From Tricharina praecox (lineage: Eukaryota), in the NCBI RefSeq assembly GCF_024521635.1, contig NW_026250406.1, forward strand, positions 744,001 through 808,000: a DNA stretch of 64,000 nucleotides, written 5' to 3'. Positions 40,027 through 52,165 of this stretch are shown one piece after another. The notes under the pieces were generated by a model. That model ran no database searches. It was not told where the DNA came from and worked only from the letters and a program-made list of their open reading frames with translations. Position numbers and translations under genes: made by a program. Positions within the stretch are counted from its first letter, which is position 1. Each line of letters starts with the position of its first letter.

Positions 40027-42404
40027 TCCCGTGGCTAGGGCTTTGCATTTCCGATATTTCGCACCGTTTCTCATTTGTGGGCGTTCTTTGGGGGTTGGGG
40101 TTAGGGTTGGTCGGATTGGATTGGATCGGTTGGTTGGCTGGCATGGTGCTCAAGAGGCAACGTGGGGGGTAGAATGCATTTCGTCTTTCCTTCTTTTTCT
40201 TCTTCTTCTTCTTTGCTTGTCTCTCTCGATATCTCTGTCTTTGTTTTTCTTTGGCATCTGAAGCTGCGAGAAGTCTGGTCTGGTTCTGCTCTGGTTCTAC
40301 TCTTTTTATTTGTTGTGTTCCCCTTTGTTTAATTTTGTGTTCTGGTCCGGTCTCATCTTATACTCTTCTTTCTATTGAGTTACTTACTTACTCACTCGTC
40401 TACTGATTTGGTGCGCGCCTGTTGCACTCTCTCTCTCTCTTGCTTTGGGGAATTTATACCCAATATATCCTCTGACATGTGCGTCCTCACGTGTTCCCGT
40501 GTTTCACATGTCGAGGCTCGTGATCACAGTAGCCCTTGATCTCGCATCGGTTTCAGCTTCTATTGACTACCCGCCCACTGCCGAGTTTGGGTAACGGAGC
40601 TGCCACGATGGCAATGTTCAGCCCATCGACTTGTTACGTGCATTGTACATAATAGTCACACTGATTTTTCTCACGAAGACCACCGTATACCTATACGAAC
40701 GGTGAAACTTCTAGCCGGACCGCGCGTACTATGCAGGTACTCGTAGGATACCATACGATACGGCATAGCCACCGAAGCATTGGAGTGGCTCAGACCTCCA
40801 GTCACCAGTGAGCCTAGAGCACGATGCCGAAAATGCCGAATAGGTAGTTACCGGTAGTCTGGCGTGCGGTGAGGGCTTCGGTGGCTGTGTACATAGGGAC
40901 CCAGGAGACCCCGTATGGCTACTTATAGGTACATAAGGTAGTAGTTACTGGGTCAAGTTATGTACCTACCATACACACGCCAGCTAGGGGAAAGGGGGAT
41001 GTAGTTTGTATGAGTATATGGTGTACACTACATTGGTGGTGGTTGGAATCGAGCCGCACTGAGCCGGCGGCGACGGCGGCGGCGGACGGAGGGATGAGAT
41101 AAGCGTGGAGATACCCGATCACCGCTACATACGGACCAACGGTTGCACGCAGGTGAACAAGCTTTTTGAGTACTGCACCTACGGTGTCTGTCCGTGGTCA
41201 GGATCTAGGTACTCTATGTACGGTAGGTACTCCGCTCGAGACGAGGCCGAGATCAGGGTCTCTCGCAGGCGGTAACTACGGTACGGTATGTATGCTTCCG
41301 TAGAGTATATGTATATGTAGCGAAACACTTGACTGCCCTGCCACTGCCACTGCCGGATTCCTGCGGAAGTGTGGGGAGATTTATGCATAGAGTACGTACG
41401 ATCTCCCTTCAAGGAGCGGAGCGGACTCGGCGGAGGCCAAGAGGAGCGACGGGGAGCGTCCTGAAAAGGTGCCATGTGCCAGGTAAAAATACCTAACTAA
41501 GCCTCGGCTACAACGGGAGAGTCGAAACGACTCACGAGACCACCACCTGGAAGTCTGGACTCTGGAACAAGGACGGTGTTCAGTTCAGTTCAGCTTCCCA
41601 GCTGAGGAGGAGGTGCCAGTAGGTAGAGTAGAGCACATGTAGCTCGGTGGCGGACACTACATGCACCGACTTACATAAGTCAACCAGTCCCAGTCCGCAA
41701 CCCGCGACTGGGCCTTGACGGGCCAATCAGCGCGGCGCCCGCGTTCGCGTGGTGTGTGAAGGGTGAAGGGACGCACGTTACGCACACACTACGCGAGAAG
41801 GTTCCAGCCGGAGCATTTCGTGCGTTCCTTTAAAGCTGTGCACTTCCCGTCTCTGTGGGTGTTTCTGCTCTTCGAGCTCTCATCTACATATATAGAGTTT
41901 TTGGATCTTTGAGTTTTATGCTTTGAGTTTGAACGCGCGGAATCTGGTTTTGACGGGTGGATCGATCTGTCCGAGTACTCTGCGATACGTTCACTACTTT
42001 GCTTCATTTGCTTGCTTGCTTCATTTGCTTGCATCGGCTTTTTTCTCTTGGCTACATACATACGCAGGAGCATATCGTTAGTGTCTGCCTGCCTGCGGAG
42101 AGCGAGGAGATATTTTTTTGGTGGTTGTGGTGGTGAGTTCTTGCTTGGTGCGCGCACTGCTGCTGATTGGCTGGTCGAGGAGCACGCGAACACGAAGGCT
42201 GCTTCTTTCTTCACCGGAGTGGAAGCGGGCGGGCCCCTGAAAGGCTCAGCGCAGTCGGCTAACTGTCGATGTCACAGGACCCTTACAGGACCCTTACATA
42301 CAGCTTCATCCAGCTTTCAGCATTCGGGACCTGCCTTCAGTCCAAAGATCCGCCATACGAGACCGTCGTCCGGTATACTCTATATTATAACCCGGACGGG
42401 AAAG

Positions 42405-43871
42405 ATGGGGCGGACGATGGACGAGAAAATGGTGGTGGTGGAGGAGAGCGCGAGTGTTGCGCACACCCCCGGCAGCGACATGCGTACGAACACGACGGTT
42501 GCCGATACGCCGTGCCGGAGTGGGACCGGAGCCAGCGGGCAGCAGCAGAACCATGCTTGCGCCATCACTCATCCTCGCGCCGATGGTTTCTGCTGCTGCT
42601 GCTGCTGCAGCGATGACGGCCCGGGTCGAACTTCTTCCGAGAAGTCTTACCACCGCTACAGCAACAACCACCCCCATGCGAATCAATTCGAAAAATACCC
42701 AAACCACAACACCCTCCTCCCACCCCTTGCACCACTCTCCGCAACCCAACAATACACAGCTGTCGACATGAGACCTAGGAGGCGATTCATGCGTCTGATC
42801 GTATACTCGGTCCTGGTCACTGTGTTTACCGCTCTCTTCTACTCGATCCTCATCGTCATATTGGGCCCCGGGCCCCCGGAGGAGCCCGGCGTCAACTTGG
42901 CTTCGGCGAAGCGATTGGGCTACAAGCAACTGGAGGATATTCCGCCTCGCCATGTTCCGAGGGAGTACGACACCGATGTCAGGAGACTGGTGTTCATTGG
43001 CGACGTGCACGGCATGTTTACAGAGCGTATGCAAACACCCCCTTAAGGGTGGAGTGAGAGGGGGGGGGGGCTGATAGTCATGTACTAATTGCAACTGCTG
43101 CATAGTGAAGGACCTCCTCAAGAAGGCCAACTACGACGAAGCCACCGACCACATCGTCTTCACCGGCGACCTGGTGACCAAAGGCCCGGACTCCCTGAAG
43201 GTCGTCGATTTCGCCCGCAAACACGGCGCCAGCTGCGTCCGCGGCAACCAGGACGACCGTGTACTGCTACACTACCACCACGACCAGGCCCACGTGACGG
43301 ACTCCCTCTCGGACAGCGAAGCGGATCCCGCCCACAAGGTCTCCAAATCTGAGGCGATGATTAGGATCGAGAAGGCGCTGGCGAGGAAGATGACGAAGGA
43401 GCAGGCGGAGTGGCTGGACTCCTGCCCGCTCATCCTCAAGGCCGATGGCGTCAAGGGGCTGGGGAATATTGCCGTCGTGCATGCGGGATTGGTGCATGGT
43501 GTTCCGTTGAGACAGCAGGATCCGGCGGCCCTCATGACGATGCGCAGTATTCAACCTAGATCTAGGGTCCCGAGCTCGGGCACCGACGGAACCCACTGGG
43601 CGCGGTTGTGGAATCGCCGTGAGAAGAACGAGAGGGTTCCGCGTACTGTTATGTATGTTATTCCCAACCCCAACCCAACCCCTTAGCAGGCAGCTGACCG
43701 TGGGATAGCTATGGACACTACGCGGCCAAGGGTCTCGACATCCGCCCTCTCTCCAAGGGTCTCGACAGCAACTGTGTCCGTGGTGGTAAACTCACCGCGC
43801 TGATCGCGTCGACCCGAACCGACGAGCCCGAGATGGTATCTGTTTGTTGCCGCAAGTACTACAACAAATAG
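42405..43871 (+). CDS. Calcineurin-like metallophosphoesterase, PPN2/YNL217W-like, with a single N-proximal TM segment
   Basis: Exons 42405-43026, 43106-43652, 43709-43871. Motifs FIGDVHG, FTGDLVTKGP, VRGNQDD, VVHAGL, IYGH, GLDSNCV. TM segment LIVYSVLVTVFTALFYSILIVIL follows RPRRRFMR. Confidence 0.88.
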
Positions 43872-44493
43872 ATGGGGTAGAAGGTGCATATTCTGGCGCC
43901 GGCGTTTTCTTTTCTTTTCGCTTCACTTCACTTCCTTTTGCATATTTTAGAGTAGGGGGGACAGAGGGGGTTCTTCTTGCTTGGAGCTTGTTTTCTTTCT
44001 GGACGGCGTTCGCATGCGTATAGGCGGGTTTCTTTTCTTCTTATTATTCTTCTTCTTCGTGGGCTCTACACTATTAGCGGGAGCGAGATGCATAATGACG
44101 GTAGATTCAATAAAGATGTCAATTGAATATTACTCTAGAGCTGGATCGTGGGGATATCGATGGCACTCTACTTGTGATACCATGCATGACGTTAAATGTA
44201 TGTGTGTAACCTGCTGGCTGCGCGAGTGATCATTTGTACGATTGGCCACGGAACTCTCCAGCACGTCTCGCTCCTTCAAAGGCGTCGTATGTCATCATAC
44301 CCCCCGCCAGTACTCGTATTCCCCCGGATCTAGAAGCTTCCCTACATACCGCATCTCCAATACCCCATACATATTGTCCCGCCACCAGCACCGACAGTTT
44401 GTCGAACACCCTCCTTGCGTCGTCAACGAAACGAAACCTTTACATATTTCGCCTCGACAAGGACAAGAACAGCTCCCTATAATCACCACAACC

Positions 44494-45588
44494 ATGAGCG
44501 GCCCGCAATACGCGCCATCGCAGGGCCCCACAGCGGGGCAACACAGCGCCGGACCGCAGAACTACTACGGCAGCGCCGACGACCAGACGGCCATGTACAC
44601 GCGCGAGCCTCCGCAGTATGCGGACGACGAGACGTTGCTTCGTGGCGGCGTGCCGCGCAGCAGCGAGGATAATGTAGGTCGACCTAGAGAGCTGGAGAGC
44701 TGGAGAGTGGGCTAGCGAGCTGGAGTTGAGCTAATGTGCGCCCCACCACTAGATTCCAGACGACTTCAAGTTCGGAGGCTGCGTCGCTGAGGGCACAATT
44801 GATATCCGCCACGCGTTTATTCGTAAGGTTTATGCGATACTGTATGATGCTCCGTACTTCTGGTTGGATGTGGTGGGAAGGCGAATGGTGGGAAGGCTAA
44901 TGGTGGCTGACTTTGGGGCGTCAGCACGGTGCAGCTCCTCGCGACGGCGGTTCTCTCGGCGGTCTCGTTCTTCAGCGTCGGCTTCAAAGCATGGATCCAG
45001 AGCAATACGTGGATGATGTTCGTGGCGATGTTCGGCTCTCTCGGCTTCCTATTCGCCACCTACTGGAAGCGCAAGTCGTACCCGACCAACCTGCTGTTCC
45101 TGTCAGGCTTCACGCTTCTCGAAGCGTACACCGTGGCCGTGATCACGTCGTTCTACGACTCGCGCATCGTGCTCGAGGCGGTCATCATCACCGGCGCGCT
45201 GTTCGTCGCGCTTACCCTGTTCGCCTGCCAGACCAAGTATGACATCACCGGCTGGCAGAGCTATCTCTACGGCGGCCTGTGGATGCTCATCATCTTTGGC
45301 TTCGTGTCGATGTTCTTCCCCGGCACCTGGATGGAACTCGCGTATGCTGGCGCTGCGGCCCTGCTGTTCTCTGTGTATATCGTCGTCGATACTCAGTTGA
45401 TCATGAGACATGTCCATGTCGAGGAGGAGATTGCCGCAGCGATCTCCCTGTATCTCGATATCATCAACTTGTTCCTGGCGTATGTTTCCCTCCCAGGCGA
45501 GCGAGCGAGCGGACTGCGTGCGTACGGTGACTGACAATATGTGAACCATAGCATCCTGAGGATCCTCAACTCCTCCAGCGATAACTAA
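44494..45588 (+). CDS. BXI1: Bax inhibitor-1 family (TMBIM/LFG-like) membrane protein
   Basis: Exons 44494-44673, 44753-~44841, ~44925-45479, 45552-45588. Motifs IPDDFKFG, IRHAFIRKVYAIL, KRKSYPTNL, ACQTKYD, YIVVDTQLIM, EEEIAAAISLYLDIINLFLAILRIL. Confidence 0.92.
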
Positions 45589-46106
45589 ACGCAAGCCAGC
45601 GCCATCGCGCCGCGTCGTCGTGGGAATCCGAGAGATTGAGAGTGGGATGGGGAAGGGTGTTTGGGAGTCTGTTGGAAATAACTGCTCATTGATTGATTTT
45701 TGATTTCGGTTCTGGCTCTGGTTCTGGTTTTGTCCGTCGTCGTGGTTCGTGGTTCGTAGTTCGTGCTGCCGATGTGTGCAGCTGCACTGCACCATGGCCG
45801 CACTCGCTTCTGCCCTTCTGTTTTCTTTTTCTTTCCTTTTCCTTTTTGTTTTCTTTTTCTCTCTTTTAGTGCCACAATATAACGAGCTGTTTTATCTGCG
45901 TGGTGCTATGCTAAAGTCTGCATCGTGCGTTACGTCTGCCTGTATTTGTACTGTATGTAGTTTTGTAGTTTTGTTTCCTGTACTTGATCTGAATCGAATC
46001 GAACCTGTTGATTTTTTTGATTTCGCCTGCCTGGGCCCTGCACGTCACTGTCACTGCGCCGCTGGGAGCCAGGGAGGGCGGCATGTGAGCAACCGGTATT
46101 TAGAGT

Positions 46107-46188
46107 AGAGTAGAGTACCAAGAGTAGAGTACCAAGAGTAGAGTACCAAGAGTAGAGTACCAAGAGTAGAGTACCAAGAGCAGAGTAC
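46107..46188. repeat. 14-bp minisatellite (AGAGTAGAGTACCA), ~5.5 copies
   Basis: Direct tandem copies. Confidence 0.9.
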
Positions 46189-46576
46189 GGTATCAACACC
46201 ATCCCCACAAGTTGCAAGTTGCAGCAGAAATTGAGGCTGTAAATACGATGGATGTAAATAATGCCCGCCAGCCCCCAGCCTTTCAAGCTCTGTATCCACG
46301 GTACCCAACAAATTGTAGCCTGTGAGAACCGGTGGGAAAGGAAACAATGGTTCGGAATTAGATCTAGGTACCAAGTATCCAGGCTTCCAGGTTTGCATCT
46401 CGCTCACCAATTTCCGGGGCTTGCTCTAGCGGGTCGGTTGGCTGCGCTGTATTGTACCGCACTCTGGGTACCGTAGTTACTCGGGGTGCTCTAGTGTGCT
46501 CCCGCGGCAGGTGCCAGCTGCCAGAAATGTAGGTGCCAGCTGCTCGCTCGCTCGTGAATCACAGCAGCAGCAGCGG

Positions 46577-46622
46577 CAGCACCAGCACCAGCACCAGCAC
46601 CAGCACCAGCACCAGCACCAGC
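46577..46622. repeat. (GCACCA)n hexanucleotide repeat
   Basis: gcaccagcaccagcacca... about 7 copies. Confidence 0.85.
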
Positions 46623-47840
46623 AGCGGCGGACGGGAGGCGAGTTGGCTCTTGTATGGTAGCTAGAGTTGTATGGAGTAGGTGCTCTACATATGTGGGAAT
46701 GTGGGAATGTGGGAATGTGGCGGACGGGTGTCTCACTCCGCCGTGCCTACTCCGTGCCTGCTCTGCCTATCATGGGCCGGGTCGGGTTGCTGTTCCGTGC
46801 GGCTTGGTAGGGAGGGAGGGAGGGACGGAGAGGGAGGATTAAGGCGGACGGGTTGTTGTTGTGTTGTTGCTGTTGTGCTTGGAATTGGCACTGGCACGGG
46901 AGGGAAACTGGGAGGGAAACTGCCACTGGCATAGCAACGGGAGAGAAACACCGAACCCGCAAACGAAGGGGCGGGCGGACTCCGGAGGAGAGCTCGAGTT
47001 GCTATTCTAACTAGAACACTCGCGTGCTGGGTTTCTATCGTGCCAGGCTAGCACACTAGGCATTCTATTGTACTAGTAAGCACCTACACCACGCATTCTA
47101 CAGACTCCATATGCCCGTCCCAGGATAACCCTCGCTCTTCACTCCCTCCAGGAGGGCGGGAGGAAGAAGGAAAAGAAGAGGTTTTTCTTCTGCCTACTTC
47201 AACCCATACTTCATCATACCTCCTGTCCGGGGTGCAGCGTCAGGGTTGCGTGTGTGTCTGTTCCGTCGTTTGATTAATTTCGTGAGTTGCGTGGAGTGCG
47301 TGTCGGCTGTGTTGCCGGAAGCAGCCGAGTGACTGGGTGAAAGTGACCCTGATCGTGCACCACCTCCCTCGTCCAACACCACTACCGTACTCTACCAACA
47401 AACAACTCTAGAAACCCGCTCGCTCGCTCGCTCGCTCGACCACTGTCTTGGTTGACTCTCCTCCCCCTGATTTACCTCACCTCACCTCAACCTCTCCTCT
47501 CCTCCCCCCATTCACGGTAGATACTTCAGCACTTCCTCCCCCCCCCCCCCACTCCCCTCCACCCCCAGACGACAACGACTCTCTTCTTCACGAACGAAAA
47601 CCGATCCGCTCACAGAATCCAATACCCATCCACCCTACCACGTCACGACCCAGCAACCGAACCCATCACCCCAACCCCAACCCGCCGCTTCCCACAAACC
47701 ACAAACGCGTTTGCACCCAGCACCCACCACCCAGCACCCGCCACCACCACCCTTCCCTCCTCCCCCCGCCCCACCAGCTCCCCCGCCAGCTCCCACCAGC
47801 TCCTCGCCCCCTCCCCTTCCAGCTCCCACCTTCACCCACC

Positions 47841-48260
47841 ATGCCCGCGCACCCACCACCAACGCGCCGCCCCGCGCTGATCCCTCACAACAGCGACCTC
47901 TCACTGAGCCTATCGGCGGCGTCCGCTGCTCTCTCGATCGCAACGTACAGTCCGGCGCGGGACACGCCCGAGGACCTTTTGATCCTCACGCCGGCGACCA
48001 CGCCCGAGCTCGGCGGCGAGGAGTTCAGGCGCGACGTGTTTAGTTGGGTTAATAGTGATGATGAGGAGGGTGGGGTTATGGGGGAGGGGCAGGGGGAGGG
48101 AGAGGGAGAGGGAGGTAAGATGGGGACTGAGGGGAAGGGGGGGAAGATGGGGGATAGGAGGGCCGCGCTCCAGGCCATCACCGCTCCTACCAGTCCTAGG
48201 GAGGCGTCGTTCGAGGCCGTCGAGAAACAGAGGAGACGACTGGCCGCGCAGGCGTGTTGA
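47841..48260 (+). CDS. Hypothetical small disordered protein (~139 aa)
   Basis: CCACCATG start context, GC-rich codon usage, SP/TP motifs (LTPATTPEL, PTSPRE), followed by a T-rich 3'UTR-like region. No recognised domain. Confidence 0.4.
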   Translation: MPAHPPPTRRPALIPHNSDLSLSLSAASAALSIATYSPARDTPEDLLILTPATTPELGGEEFRRDVFSWVNSDDEEGGVMGEGQGEGEGEGGKMGTEGKGGKMGDRRAALQAITAPTSPREASFEAVEKQRRRLAAQAC

Positions 48261-48985
48261 GCGTGCTCTCCTGCGCTCCTCCTGCGGCTGCGGCTAGGTT
48301 CCACTGCTCGCCGAGCAGCAGGGCAGAGCTGCAGCAAGCGAACGGACTACTCTTTTGGCTACATGGCGGGGTGTCGGTGTCGGTGTCGGTGTTTTTTTTC
48401 TTTCTCTTTACGATTGTACGATGTTTACGACCTTTACGAAATCACGACGTTACGACCTTTTACGACGATAATATCCTTGCTATATATCCCTACATCTTGA
48501 TTATTCTTTTGGGCGGAGCGAGCGAGCAGCGGGTGCGCGGGAGGTGTTCTTCGTTCGATAGAATCATCTTGCTTGCCTTCTATTACTTCCTTCTACCTAC
48601 TCTACTCTTCTGCTCTACTACTCTATGATACTCTTTTTTTCTTCTTCTTTCGAGCGTGCGGATGCATATTACGGGTGTAATGGTTGTAATGATGTTTTTT
48701 GTTTCCTTACCTATCTCTTCTCGTTTTTTGTTGTCGAAGGAGGAGGATTTCGAGGTGTCGAAGTGGGTTGGAGGATTTGATGCTTAAGACTTGAATGAGA
48801 GCTTGCGAATGGGATTGACGTGGTGGGATGGCTGAGGATGAGGGTGAATGGAAGGTGGAATGCATATGGAGGATATTTGGTATCTATAATCTCTGAAGGA
48901 GCAATTGTGGGTTCGTGGGAAGGAGGTGCTGGAGGGAGCAGGGTCGAGGGTCGAGGGTGGGAGAGGATGGTTGAGACGGAATGAA

Positions 48986-49251
48986 ATGAATGGTTCGCTT
49001 CACCTCACTTCACTTCATGTTGAGACTTGAGACTTGGAACTTGGAAGATCGTAGATGTGCCATGTGCGCGTGCTTTCGTGAGGTTGGTGAGGTTGGTGAT
49101 GGTGAATGGAATATTCGAGGCTGTGAGACAGCGGAGAATGGTTCGCATCACTTCATGTTGAGACTTGGAAGATCATAGATGTGCTTCATTTCGTGAGGCT
49201 GGTGGTGGTGAATGCAGCACTCAAGGCTCAGCGGAGATCAGTTCCTCTCGC

Positions 49252-49296
<45 letters not shown>

Positions 49297-49560
49297 TTCA
49301 GCACTACGTAGAGCTATTCACTCTGGAAGCTACCTCCATTGATCATTGATAATTGATTACTGCCAAGCGCATACCCACCACAACAGATGGTGATGGTGAC
49401 GGTGATGGTGAATGGAGCATTCGAGGCGGCGGGCAACGGGCAGCGGAGAACGGTTCTTCTCGCTGTCTATCGGCACTACGCAGAGCTATTCGGTCTGGTG
49501 ATGTTGAATGGCGCATTCGAGGCGGTGGGGTAACTACGCAGAGCTATTCGGTCTGGCAGC
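48986..49560. repeat. Mosaic of short diverged direct repeats with an embedded (GTCT)n microsatellite (49252-49296)
   Basis: Modules cacttcatgttgagacttggaagatc.tagatgtgc (x2), ggtgaatggagcattcgaggc-like (x4), cagcggagaa.ggttc (x3), actacg.agagctattc (x3). Confidence 0.75.
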
Positions 49561-50289
49561 TACAGTTGATGCCACGAGTGACGAACAGGAATTCCTCGCA
49601 TTCCAAGTTGTCCGAGCTTGGAAGAATGCTAACATACTCTATTAGGCAGTAAGTGATCCTTCTCTCCAACACACCAGCTGAGAATCATGTTTACCGAGCG
49701 CAAAGCTATCACAACAACATGGTTTCATGGTGTAGTTGGTTATCACATGTGTCTAACACACACAAGGTCCCCAGATCGAGCCTGGGTGAAATCACTGTTT
49801 CTTTTTATTTATTTTCTATGGATGATTTATGTCTCTGGATGCTCCTTTTTTTGTTTATTTGTCGCGTTTATCGATGTGCACGATGAAGGTGTGTATAGAA
49901 TAGAATAGAAGAGAAGAGAAGAGAATCATGATTACATGTGTGTATGTTTGTATGAATCAATATACTCAACAGTGACAGTGACCGTATCATATCTGTATAC
50001 CCAAGATGTAGTATGTGTGGTATATGTGGTATGTGTGTGTGTAGAAAAGAAAAAGAAAAGAAAAAAGTATTCACAAAAATCAACCCCCAAAACTCCATTC
50101 ATCCATCCCAAACCCCCCAGTCGGATCCATCATAACATCGTGATAATAGTACTCGTATCGCCACCTCCCGTGAGGCCGGGCGATACGAACAAGAAAGCAA
50201 AAACAAACCGAAAACCGAAAAAACAACAGGAAAACAAACAAACAAAACAAAACAAACAAACAGCCGTCCCAGTTTGTATAGCAGCCACG

Positions 50290-50961
50290 CTACTGCGCCA
50301 TCTCAACATCCCCAATCTCCAACTGCACCAACTTCCTAACCCACTCCTTCCCTTCCTCCTCGGTCATGCCCTCGCCGCCCTCGCCCGCACTATTCATCCC
50401 CTGCTCCTTAACCCACTCCTTCAGCCTCTCAATCTCCCTCGTCCTATCCTCAGCGGTGACCACCTCTTCCTGCATCTCCTCGAACTTCTCATGCGCAAAC
50501 GGCAGGAGGTGCACCGTGACCTCATCGACAAATCCGACTCTCTTCGCCCTCCTCGCGAGCCTTGCGCGTGGGGTGCGTGGCGTCCTCGGCGTGCGTGGCG
50601 TCCTCGGCATAAAGCTGGCACTCGGCGTGCTCGGCTGATGGGCAGACATGGCCTTACGTCCGTGGCGGTGTCTCTGTCTTCTTTTTCTCTGGCGCTCCTC
50701 GTCGGTGCTGCTGCCGGGGCTGGAGAGCGGGCTGGGCAGCGACGGCGACGGCGCAGTGAGTGTACGGTTCAGCCGCGTGTTCCGTGTCGTCGGCGAGACG
50801 GCCGAAAGAGGCGTGCGAAGGCCGGAGGGAAGGCTCGATGCTACGACGCCGGAGTGCACTTGTAGAGACAGCTTGGGGCGGGGCCGGGCGGCCCGAGAGG
50901 GCGGGAGCACGAAGACCGTGTTCATCAACGGGCTCGGGGGCGGGAGGGTCGCGAGGAGCAT
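50290..50961 (-). CDS. Hypothetical protein (223 aa) with short linear motifs (RPKLSLQV, SP/TP repeats, KRVGF); putative phosphatase-docking protein
   Basis: ATG-initiated ORF with coding-like composition: S/P/R-rich N-terminal half, E-rich helical C-terminus. Followed on its strand by a T-rich 3'UTR-like region. Confidence 0.6.
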   Translation of the reverse strand: MLLATLPPPSPLMNTVFVLPPSRAARPRPKLSLQVHSGVVASSLPSGLRTPLSAVSPTTRNTRLNRTLTAPSPSLPSPLSSPGSSTDEERQRKRRQRHRHGRKAMSAHQPSTPSASFMPRTPRTPRTPRTPRARLARRAKRVGFVDEVTVHLLPFAHEKFEEMQEEVVTAEDRTREIERLKEWVKEQGMNSAGEGGEGMTEEEGKEWVRKLVQLEIGDVEMAQ

Positions 50962-51609
50962 GCTGGGTGTTTGTGGGGGGTGAGAGGGGTGAGGGAGGTG
51001 TTGATACTGGTGGTGGTGTTGATATTGGCTGGCTTGTGGGAGCTGGCGGTGGCAGTAGTAATAACAATAGCAGTGGTGCTTCGCTTTGACTATTCGATCT
51101 GGCTTTTCCTTGGATGGATGCTCCGAATGACTGGGCGCTGGCGTCCTCTTGAGTCTTTATCGATGCTCTTCACCTGCTGTCTTCGTGTCTTGTGTCTTCG
51201 GGGGGGGGGATGCTGGCTAGCGAAACCGTGGGGAAGCGCCGACCTTATGTAGCACCCGCACTCTTGCATGTCACCGCCCACTCCCAGTGCACTCCCATTC
51301 CAACACGCACCCGCCCGACGCATGTACATAGCGCATGTAACTACTTTAGAGTAGGTGGGGTAGGAGCACCCGGCCGGCGGCGAGTCGGCGTCGAGTCGAG
51401 TCGGGTAAGGGTGTTGCGCCTCCCTGCGCAGCAGCAGCAAAGCGCCACCGCTGATTGGCCGGCCAGTCTTGAGACTTGGGAGGGGAGACTCGGTGGCTGC
51501 ATTGGGACAGGAATAGATCAAGGTACAGCAATCAGATTCAGCGTAGACTACATACATACATGTGCACTTTCTTTTCGAAGGGAGAGGGAGAGGGTGGGAG
51601 AGGGGGCTA

Positions 51610-51711
51610 GTGGCTGGGGATGGGATGGGATGGGTGGGCACTGGGGGCTGGTGGCTGGGGATGGGTGGGCACTGGGGCTGGTGGCTGGGGATGGGTGGGC
51701 ACTGGGGATGG
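51610..51711. repeat. G-rich ~28-bp tandem repeat (GTGGCTGGGGATGGGTGGGCACTGGGG) x3
   Basis: Direct copies; multiple G3-G5 tracts. Confidence 0.8.
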
Positions 51712-52117
51712 GTCCGAAACATTACAGCGACGGCGGGCGAATGGGAGGGCGTCCTGCCATCTGCAAGGCTAGGAGTCCGAACAGAAACGGCGCAATGGAG
51801 GGACGGAGGGAAACGTTTGCCGCTGCAAATCCGCATCCAGCTATTCACACATCTGCCATGGAGGAGGAGGTGCCCGTAGTGGGCAGCTGGAGACTCGAGA
51901 GACTCGAGACACCTGTATGTGGACATACCCACATACCCACATAACTCTGGAGTCTATGCAGCCGGCCGGGCGTGGATAAATCCAGCATCCAGCATCCAGC
52001 ATCCGGAATACCCACAGCACAGTTATCCAGGCGGCTGTAGAGCACTTTCTCTCCGCAATCATCACTTGCACTTTCACTTGCCCTTCACTTGCATATGTAG
52101 AGTAGAATACTTACTCA

Positions 52118-52165
52118 CATACGGACCACATACGGACCACATACGGACCACATACGGACCACATA
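52118..52165. repeat. 11-bp minisatellite (CATACGGACCA) x4
   Basis: Direct tandem copies. Confidence 0.9.

Noticed and set aside
37600..40300. Autonomous Mutator transposon around the MuDR-like gene
   Set aside because: No DDE or SWIM domain, and no terminal inverted repeats or TSDs were seen.
41518..41533. GAGTCGAAACGACTC hairpin considered as part of a hammerhead ribozyme
   Set aside because: No CTGATGA core or additional stems nearby.
46107..46188. Regular short repeats (also 52118-52165) considered as CRISPR-like arrays
   Set aside because: Head-to-tail minisatellites with no unique spacers, no cas genes, and a eukaryotic context.
49936..50865. 309-aa + strand ORF
   Set aside because: Antisense to the 50290-50961 ORF and runs through low-complexity UTR-like sequence.
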